Positions 42,080 to 53,300 of a DNA stretch of 64,000 bases are shown in pieces (the stretch's first letter is position 1; each line of letters opens with the position of its first letter). The notes below the pieces were generated by a model. It had not been told where the DNA came from. It searched no databases and was given only the letters and a program-made list of their open reading frames with translations. The stretch lies in contig OX597829.1 of the NCBI GenBank assembly GCA_951406725.2, positions 33,976,001 through 34,040,000 of the forward strand, given 5' to 3'. The translations under genes and the position numbers were made by a program. The DNA comes from Octopus vulgaris. Lineage: Eukaryota.

Positions 42080-44643
42080 TTACCTCAACTTCTGACAGAA
42101 ATTTTATCAATTGTTGGTCCTTCTGAAATACATCATGTGACAGCATCAAACGCAAGTACCTACAAAATACCAGATTATCTATAATTAATTATATTAGTTC
42201 AGAATATTTTGTGTCTTAAAGATCAGAAAACTTACTCAACCTGTTGTTTTAGTGCAATAAGGTCTAGCAAATTCTATCCCTCTTCAAGCTATACTCATAA
42301 GAGAAGCTGAATTCAAAACTGCTATCTTAGAAAACACTCAACAATTTTACAGTACCTCAATTCTTACATAAGTGGAAAAAAAACTACCTAATTGTTTACA
42401 TTGAGGCAGGTAAGAATGAGGTGTGATAAATGTCTAGTTTATAGTACTTGTGGTGTAGATCCTAAATGTTTAAACAAAGTCTATTTTCTATACATTTCTA
42501 ATGTTTATTGCCACACACAAAGACTACTTTTTCTGTTAACCTTCCTCTGATATTGCTCCACCTCTTATGTGTCTATAGCTTGCACTGAGTACACCTTATG
42601 GAATCTCTGCCTATGCCTTTTCTACATATCAAGCAGGACCATCTCTCTAAAGGGATTTGTGATTTGTGTGTTTTCCTACTTACTAAGACATTAGACTTTG
42701 CTAAATTAACTCTAAGGCCCCACTTTGATTCTAGGCTTTGCTTCCACATCTGAAATTTCTTCTCTAGTTCTGGTAGTGATTCAGCTATAAGAACAAGATC
42801 ATCAGCATAGGGGAACTCCCAAGGGCAGCCAGTCTTAAATTCAGTTATAGTCTGGGGGATTATGATGAACAAGAGGGTGCTGAGAACTGATCCTTGCTGA
42901 ACCCCTACCTCTAAAATGAATTCATTGCTATACTCATTGCCAACCCTCACCTTACAGACAGCATTCTTGTACATGGCTTGTATCAGTCTCTCTAACCACT
43001 CATCTATCCCTAGCTTTCAAACTGACCACTAGATAAGGAAGCAGGGGGTGGTATCCTGTTAAATGTTTTCTCCAACAAAAGCCAAGTACAGAGGTTTATA
43101 TTTGGTTAGATACTTCTCCTGCAGCTTACCAGAAATATAGCATCAGTGGTGTTTCTCCCTGGCACAAAACCAAACTGCATCTCATCTAGACTAACACTCT
43201 TCCTAATTAGTTGAGCTACTTAGAAAGAGAGTTAGTCTAGATGTATGTATGTGACTAAAGCCAGAATAACAAAAGAGTACTGCTGTAGACTCCAGAAAAT
43301 ATGGAACTCAGATCTGTCTGCATTTAACAAGACCATATCTCACAATACCTTTTGTAGTACCAGTGCTAGTACCAACATTTGGGATATTGGACTGGACACT
43401 CAATGAGATACACATCAAGACCAGAAAGGTACTGACCACTACTCGTAACTTCTACATTAACAGTAACACTGATAGGATCTATGTGAGACGAAGTGATGGT
43501 AGTAGGCACAAGGTCAGTCCAAACAGCCTTTGAATGTCACATTGTATCACCAAGACAACACCTGCTGAAGAGTAAAGAAAGAAATGAGTATATTCCATGC
43601 ATACTCAAAAGTGAAAGCAACAACATCTTCAGGGTTGGGAAAGAACTACTGTGCAGTTACTCTGAGAATAAAACAGTCTCATGTGACCCAAAGGAAGCTT
43701 GACTTGCTAACCTAAACAGAAGATTGGAGGGAAAGCAGATATCATACCAACAAAAAGCAAGGCATGGGAACATATCTTGAAAGCTAGAGGGCAACAACAG
43801 CATTGACAGGAAAAGCAGCCTCTCCTGGGCCTGCAATAGATACATTACATACCCTAGAAGGATATACTTTTGCTATTCAGGAACAGGAGATAGGTACTAA
43901 ATTCCTAATAAACAAAAGAGACAAAGATACCACTCAACCTCTACATTGTGACAGAAGATGTCAGCTATACTATCTCAATGTGAAAGATATCACTCACATC
44001 AGCAGTAGCTTCCCTAAAATGTCAACGAGATACTACCTGTCCCGGAGGCATGATATAGTTGCAAAGACTATTTACAATGCTATCCATAGGAAGGACTGCC
44101 CTGATCAAAGGCATATCAGGACCAGCAGGTATTCATATCTTTAAAAACAAAGAATACTGGTGGAAAATCCTGATAAAAACATCAATTCAGTGCGAACATA
44201 ACAGACCTGATAGTGTTCTATGGGACAGAGAACAAAAGTCATGCACTACTGTAGAGGTCAGCTGCCCAACAGACATGAATGTACAATATTGTATATATAT
44301 CAATATATACATCCATATATGTGTATATATATATGTATGTGTATGTGTCTTTATGCTTGTGTTTGTCTCCTACCACCACTCAACAACTAGTGTTAGCTTG
44401 TTTATGTCCCTGTAACTTAGCAGTTCAGCAAGAGAGACCGTTAAAATAAGTACCAGTCTCAAAAAATAAGTACTGGGGTTGATTTGTTTGAATAAACCCT
44501 TCCAGGCAGTGCTCCAGTAAGGATGCAGTCCAATGACTAAAACAAGTAGATGATGAAAGATACACACACGCACATATTTCAATGATGCATCTGCTTTAAG
44601 TATGATACACATAATTTGAACTAATACTGTTCCTGTCACCCCT

Positions 44644-44688
<45 letters not shown>

Positions 44689-47600
44689 TCAGAAAATGGT
44701 CTCCATCAGATCAACAAACAACACAATTGGACTACATCTAAAGCTTATTATTATTTAATACAAAACATGACATAACATTTATGTAACATAACAATTCTTA
44801 CAGCCGTTTCTGATTCCGATGCCAATCGGTGCCTACAAAGAATTGTGAAAATAATATTTTTTCATCTTCATAAGACATTCGAACTAGAACATGGAGCTTC
44901 ATCAAAGTTAATACAAAAATGTCCAAATAAACAAAAGGAAGAAGGAATAGGAAAGAAAAAAGCACATAATTAGCATGACAATCCCTGCCTTCATCATGAC
45001 TGTATCAAAAATATTCCGTAAGCTTCCTTTTCCTACATTTGTCCACTTGGGTCCTTTGTCCATATTTTCTTATAAACATTTATATACAGTCAACTTTGTT
45101 GGTTGTAGATATCCATATATCAACTGAACATTCATAAATGCCCAAATTTTGAAATTTCTTGCAATGCTACACACATACCTTTTATCTTTTACTTGTTTCA
45201 GTCATTGGATTGGGGCCATGCTGGGATACTACCTTAACAGGTTTAGAAGAACAAATTGACCAAAGTACTTTTTTTTTTTTAAGCCTGAAACTAATTCTAT
45301 CAGACTCTTTTGCTGAACTGTTAAGTTATACGGATGTAAACAAACAGTGGTTGTCAAATGGTGGTGGGGGAACAAACACACACACACACAGATACACACA
45401 CACACAGATTTACACACACACAGATTTACACACACACAGATTTACACACACACAGATTTACACACACACACACATAATGAACTTCCACATAATTTCTACT
45501 GACCAAATTCACTTTCAAGATATTAGTTGGCTCAAGGCAATGGTAGAAGACACTTGCCCAAGGTACCACACAATAGGACTGAACCTGAAACATTGTAAAG
45601 CGTGGTTCTTAACCACACAGCCATGCTTGCACCTAAACTTCACATTTATTTCTCATTATTCATGCATAATTCATAGTTTTACTTACTTCTCTACATTTTG
45701 ACATTCTTTTTGAAACTCATCACCAATAAGAATGTTTGTATCACTTCCAAGTTGTCTCCTAGATTTATTTTCAGCACTTTTTGCATCTATTTCTGGCTTC
45801 ACTGGAAGAGGCGGCACCTTGTGAAATGAAAGTATTAAATTAGATTATATAAATTAGAATTTGTTAAAGCCACTGATACTAATTTAATGTGGAAATTGTT
45901 CGTCTTTTATTCATAATCAATAACTTTTTAAACAATATCTATTTATGCACTAACGTAGCCATACAAAGCACTGATAATGTAAATGTATGTAGCGCTACAT
46001 ACACATGACAGGATCAGTCTGGAAGCAAGGTTACTTATTTCAGCAAGAGCATAATTGTTGGCATATCCTCAAACTTCTTCTCAATTATAAGATGTGTTCA
46101 ATTTCTTAACTCAGTTTGGAATGAGTTGGGTGGTAGCATTGTCTTGGGAAGATTTGGATGTCAAGATACTAGTGAGTTTCCTGGACCTAGGTGGTAAGTT
46201 GGTGGTCCTGGATGTAAACAGAAGTGTAGGTAATGCCTTTAGTTTAAGGGTTATCTAAATCCCAACTGGACAGGTATTGCTTGAATTTCTTGAATGTTCC
46301 AAATCACATTTGGATTTTATTTAGATAAAATATTAAGTCATCATATAGGAATGACTTAATATAGCTAGTCAGCTACACATCACAGTTTGGGATCAGTCAG
46401 TTTGGACAGAACGCATTGACAAAGATCTGGTTATGGAAGCTAAAGTTTCCTTTCTAGCATGGTAAGTCTATACTCAGGTTAGGTATGTGGGAACGATTTA
46501 TTGCAGCATGTCACTACCTTCACCATTTATTAGTATCTGCTTGGGTCATCCCAGGCAACCTTCTGAGCAGTGTCCCAGTCAACCTTCTGAGCAGTGTCCC
46601 AGTCAACCTTCTGAGCAGTGTCCCAGTCAGTCCCCATCTCTATGAAATACTTCCTTATCTGCCATAACCATAAGACATGTGGTCAATGAACACAAGCCAT
46701 CACCCTAACTGGATCCTTAAAAAAGGGGACACAGTACACAAGACCCAACTCAGAAAATCAAACAAGATGACCAAACAGTTGATGTTCCCAAATCATACAA
46801 ATAACGGGACACATCCAAGTTTCTGAGTATAGTTGTTGGTTGAATACAAAATCTGACCAATGATAATCCACTGTGAAGTGTCCTAGTACCAAAGGATTCC
46901 AGGCAGCCCCTAGGAACACTGGACAGTGTTCAAGTTATACAACAAGACAGGGAGGGCTAGAGACCTGAAAACCTGAATGTTTGTCCTTTTGCTCAGATAT
47001 CAGCAACAGTAAGTACCCTTTTTAAGATTTTGGACTTACAGCAAATGCTGCTATGGATCATGCTGCTGAGATAGGTGAAGTGGTCTACAACTTTGCCTTT
47101 CTCACCCACAACAGAGACAGACAAGATGGAGCCCCCCAGGAAACCAATAAAAGACTGGATCTTTGTCTTAACCCAAGAAACTCTTAGGCCAGATGGTTCC
47201 ACTTCCTCACTTAGTGAAAGGAGAGCACTCCTTAAGACATTCAGAGACTCAACAAGAATAATTGCATCATCAGTAAAATCCTGTGATCCTGCTTTCACCA
47301 ATGAGTGCTCCAAGACTCAACTGAGCCACCATCTGGCCAAATATCTAGTTCAAACAGGCATTGAAAAGAGTGAAAGCCAAAACGCAAACTGACGGACCCC
47401 AGATCTAACTGAGAAAAAAGTCACATGCTGAGCCCCCAATCTGAACTACACTCACTGTTCCACTACACAAGGCCACCATCAGCCCAACCAGTTGGGGAGG
47501 TATACCTTGCAGTTCCAGAATCCTCCTGAGCAGAATCCACCAAATCAAATGTCTTGCAGAGGTCAACATAAACTGCAACCAGCTCCCACTGAAGATTCTG

Positions 47601-50133
47601 CCTGCATTTGATGAGTACACAGACAACCAGGATCCTATCAGTAGTTGACCTCTTTGGCATGAACCTTGACTGCTTTGGTTATTCAGAGGCAAGTAAATGG
47701 TTTCACACTCTGCTTGGAATAATCCTGACAAAGACCTTACTAGGTACTGAGAGGAGTGTAACCGCATTATAGTTGTTGTAGTTGAGGAAGTTACTGTTAC
47801 CTTTCCAGATAGGGATAATTATGCCCCTCTTCCAATCAGGCTGTATAATGCCACTGCTCCAAATTCAGCAGATGATCTGCCACAAGAACAAGACTGCAGC
47901 AGGCTTACCTTTCTTGATCATCTCCTCTTGGATACCACAAACACCAACTACACCCCTTCCCCTCTGCTGATTTACCAATGTAAGAACCTCATCTGCAAAT
48001 GAGGTTTGTACATCATCTACAGATAGTGGATTACAGCTGACTAGCAGGACAGTCACAGTACTGAAAGCATCTTTGTATTCAGATCAGTACTATGCAGGTC
48101 CACCTCATACAATTCCTCTGAAGGTTGTAGATGATTAGAAGTGTGAAGCTGACTCTTGATCTCTTCACAGATTCCTCAAACCTGCTTTTCTTTGTTGGAC
48201 CTCAGTGATCTGACTACCCACATCTCAGACCCTGAAGCAAATTATCAGGAGCTCTACCCAGCCTCACCCTACAGCTGCATCCTACAGTGTAGAGGTTTCC
48301 CTGGAAAGGAAATATTTTTGGCCCTTTTTTGAAAACCAATACACCCACTAGAAGTCGACAGCAGGATGTTCCAATAAGTTTTCCACATTTCTACAGGTCC
48401 AGTTGAAGGATCAGCCCCACGCAGCTCAAACCCAAGCTACTGCAAATATGTCTTGCTTGTACTGTTGTCTACTCTAAATTAAAAAAACTAGTTGAGGAGG
48501 TGTTGATGAGGAGAAGTCATCAACAACCAAAGGTAGGTTTCTCTCTAAAAAGAACCATAAGTGTAGAATCAATAAGGCATAGCAACAGAGAATAATAGAG
48601 ATAGCACTAGCCTGCAGATTAAAAGTGATAAGAAAAGGCATTATAAAAATGACCCTTAACTATTTCTTTTGATGCAAAACATGGAAACTGTATTATCAGA
48701 ATTAAGGCACATGCTCTTAGACCTAGACATGAGGGCACAAAAGCTGAGGTTTAATTCTACAACTTTCATCTTCTATTTCCAGCTGTCAGACTTTGGGTGT
48801 TAAATATATTATAGGACTAATTTGAGAAGTGCATTAATAGCTAAATTAAAACATGATTCATAATACATTTGATATATGTTATACAGAAGACTTTCATGTC
48901 TTCTCTTAAATATCTGTACCATTCCACTTACATTCAACTCCTTGCACCTTGATGATATGCCTTGGCATACCTTCGCCACCATCTCTCTTTTTCTCTCTTT
49001 CTCTCCGACTGGAGTAACTATGTATCTCCTCTAGAGCAAGACACCTGTTTCTGTCCCTCTATCATAGTTTAACTTCTCATTACCGGGCACAAAACCACCT
49101 CCCTCAACACTACTCCCTCTGTCAGTTATGAGATCACTGTCTTGCAAGTTACTTGGTGACCTTGCTGGTACTGATACCATATAAAAAGTACCCAGTATAC
49201 TCTATAAAGTCATTTGACATGAGGAAAAGCATCCAGCCATAGAAACCATGTCAAAGCTGACAATAGAGATCGGCACAGTCTTCTGTCTTACCAGCTCTAG
49301 TCAAACTGTCCAACCCATGCTAGGATGGAAAATAGATATTAAATTATGATGATGATGATTTCAGAAAGATTGTAACAAAATATCCTAAACACATAATAAA
49401 AGCATCAAGAGAAATATGAAACAGTAATACAGGTACAACACCAATTTTCCAAAGTTTTCTGGATTACTGATTTTTCACTTCTGAATTAAGCAAGTATTAA
49501 ATTTACTTAAATAATTAAATAAAATACAGGCACTTCCACCTTAGTATATATGATAGAATTTTATCAATGATGTACTGTGCAAGGTACTGAGAAAATGGTC
49601 CATTCTGTAAACTAATTTAGCAGCTGTGGGAATTTTAAGTTTCTTCTTGTAAATTCATGCGGATTATAAGAGGTCCTGGACTATCAGTATCTAGAAAGTT
49701 GGTATTGTACTTATATATTGTAATATATGAAAGAAATGAAACTTACAATGAGACCACTTGTATCATTCTGGGTAGTGAGACAATGATGCAACCATTCAAA
49801 ATCTTCATAAAATCTTTGCAACGACAATGCTTCTTCATTATCTCCCTGAAATAGATAAAATACTTTTCATAAAGAAAATGTGAGTGGGAGAAGCAAAAAG
49901 ATATTTCCCAAATTTATCCAAATATAATTCCTTTGAGGGTCAATAAATAAGGTAGTAGCTCAAGGATGATGTTTTCCTCTCTCCCTTTAACTACCATACT
50001 CTGGATGTTCCAATGGGTTAATGATGAGAGGGTCGAGAAAATGCTTGTTCACAGAAGCTACAAAAACAATTAGTGGAAGCATGGTGCATGCAGATACTTC
50101 CAAGTTATCCTCGACTTCAAGTGTCAGCAGTAG

Positions 50134-50226
<93 letters not shown>

Positions 50227-50242
50227 TGTGTGTGTGTGTGTT

Positions 50243-50329
<87 letters not shown>

Positions 50330-53300
50330 ATGCATTTTGGAAATATTTTGAAAGTCTTAAAAATACGACCAGATGTCCAAAATCTGATTTCGATTCCCCT
50401 GTTGCAATCCTTGAAAGCATACCAAAAGAATGCAGCAGAATAAATAGAGAAAAGTGTAGGGGCCCTCTTTGTTGCTAAAAGCTCATTTATCACTGTATCA
50501 TTGGAATCAAACCAGTCTTCTTGTTGTCTCCTCTTGAAGCCTAACACCTCTGATCCCATTTTATATACTCCATCACAGAAAGATTGCCATGAACCTTCAA
50601 AATGAACACTGCTGCATCTCTTTTGAAACAATTGCAAAACTTGTGATTGTTTTAGCTGCCCTACATCAATTTTCTTTGGTACTCATACACCAGTACTACA
50701 AATCTTCTTACGGACCCTGAACTTGATCTTGGGTGAATCCAGGTAACTTTATCCTTCAACTTATGATGAAAGAAAGTATTCCCAACAACCAACCCTAGCT
50801 CAGAGTACATTTGTAGCAGATGCAACCCATTGTCATTCACCTTTTCTATTCTGTAACACCCAAATACATTCCAAGCACCATAGTCTCTACCACCAAGTGC
50901 ATTAAAGTCACCAAGCACAACCAACTTCTCATTCAAAGGGACAGACAGAATACTTCTTCTAAGCACCTTATAAAATGCATGGATATTTTCCTCACTAGCT
51001 GAAAGTGTATGAGCATAAATAGAGAAAACAGTTACAAAATGCCCACAAGAAAGAGGGATCTGGAGTTTCATTATACGTGTATTTATGCTTTGTGGTTATT
51101 CTAGGACTTTTAGCAAATCACTACTAATTGCAAACCCAACATCACCTTCACTTTTCTCTCCCTTCAGCTTCCCAACTAAGAATAATGTGAAACCTGCCGC
51201 TCTTTTGACAAGATGATTTTCATCTTGTTTTACCCTGACCTTTTTTAGTTGATTCAGTTTGAAATTTATAGGTAAGCTGTTACTTCCATCAGAAACAACA
51301 TACCCAAGTATGCATGAACTTCATTAATACGTATAGAAAATTCCCTTTCATTATGCATACAACTTAGTTTGTTGGATGATTGCAGAAAAATACGACAGAC
51401 CTAAAAGGTATTTTTGGAGGAAAAAGACACTTGACAAAACTTCAGTGCCCAACTATTCTTCAGGTAATATTTCATTCGAGTCACCCAATGAAAAATACGA
51501 TAGATCTACAAGGTGGTATCAAAAGGTTTTCGGACTAATTATGTTTATTAAAAAATAACTTATTTACCTAGTTTTAACATCATCTCCTTCGAAATAGTCA
51601 CTTTGCACACACCAGTCCTGGCGTTCTTGCCACTTTTGGAAGTTGTTTTTGGAAATTACCTGGAAGTTGTTTTCTGTGAGTTGAGGACCTTCTATGATTC
51701 ACTCTGGATCTTGACAACAGTGTTAAAATGCAAACCTTTGAGCTGTATTTTCATCTTGGGAAAAAAATGGAAGTCCACGGGTGCTAAATCTGGTGAGTAG
51801 GGTGGGTGTTGTTTTTGGTGAGAATCTCATGAATGAGGAGAGCTTGGTGACTGGGTGCATTGTTGTCATGAAGAATCCAATTCTTCGCACTCCACAGATC
51901 CAGTTGCTTTTGCCAAATATTCTCCCTCAATTGTTTCCAAACATGACAGTAGAACTCTCGATTGACAATCTGGCCCTGAGGGACAAATTCTTGATGCACA
52001 ATATTGCAGATATCAAAAAAACAAAACAACAAGCATATTCTTGATTGAGCTGTGGCTCTGTCATGCCTTCTTCAGTTGTGGAGATGAAAAGCTCTTCCAT
52101 TGTGACAACTGCTGCTGTATCTCAGGGTTGTACTTGAAGACCCAACTCTCATCACTGGTTATGATCCTCTACATAAAGCATGCTGACAGAGATCTTGACA
52201 TACTTCGATGCAATGTTCTTTCTGCTTAGTGGTCAGCAGATGGGGGACAAATTTGGCAGAGACATGCCACATGTTCAATCCAAACGTTAGGATTGCTTAC
52301 ACAGACCCCTATGACAGACCAACAACATCAGCAATGTCAGTGATTGTCCTCTGACGATGCTCATGCACAACTGATGAATTTTCTCCACATTTCTGGAGGT
52401 GATGCCAGAGGAAGGTCTTCCAGATCACTCCTCATCTTCCAGGGACATTCTTCCACTTTTGAAGCAGCCATGCCACTCAAAACATTGTGTATTACCCATT
52501 ACCTCATCGCTGTAAGCTTACCACAGTATGCTCAATGTCTCTGTGTTGGACTTCCAAAGTTTAATACAAAATTTCATGTTGGCTCTTTGTTCCAACTTCC
52601 TGTCCACGACAAAAGTCACAGATTATAGCATACATGTGATCACAAAAACACAAATTTCACAACTTGCAAAGTAAACACAGTGATGTTACTTGGCACCTTG
52701 CCTCATGATGGGCACTGCTAGCTCTCAATGCACATGCAGCCATGTGATTCCATCTGGTACACAATCATGCGCTGCCATCTGTTAGTGCACTACAAAACTA
52801 GTCCAGGAACTTTTTGATACCACCTCAGCAGCAAAGTCAGATAGCAAAGTGCATAGGGAAGGACTAAATATATCACTCTGGTTATCATCTATGAAGCCTC
52901 ATCTGCTATTACTTCACAGATCAGATAATGGAAGAAGTTAGCATTCAAAGAATGATTTGCTGCATTTTTTAAAAGTAGTTTCAATAAAAAAAAACTCTGG
53001 GAAAGTCAATATTAATAATAAATGATGCAGACTGTAATGTTGTTTTCCTTATAAAAGAGAGTTCATAGTTAATGTAAATAAGGGTAGGTTGACTCATGCA
53101 TTTTCAAGCAATATAGAACTGACAGTTGCAGTATAGATTCATATCGTACAAGATGTTAACAATTATTAAACCAGGAGTGCCACCAATAAAGCTTCTGTCT
53201 ACATCTCTCAGTTTCCTACAGTTACAATTACACATCTATATCTAAGCTTGTCTTGTTTCTAATATAATTTACTTCAAACATATCAACCAACCAATCTTGC

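Noticed and set aside
44796-44910. Hammerhead as a listed feature (minus: TTGATGA...GAAAC GGCT GTA)
   Set aside because: Helix I and II pairing is poor; counted only as a degenerate candidate within the family-level finding.
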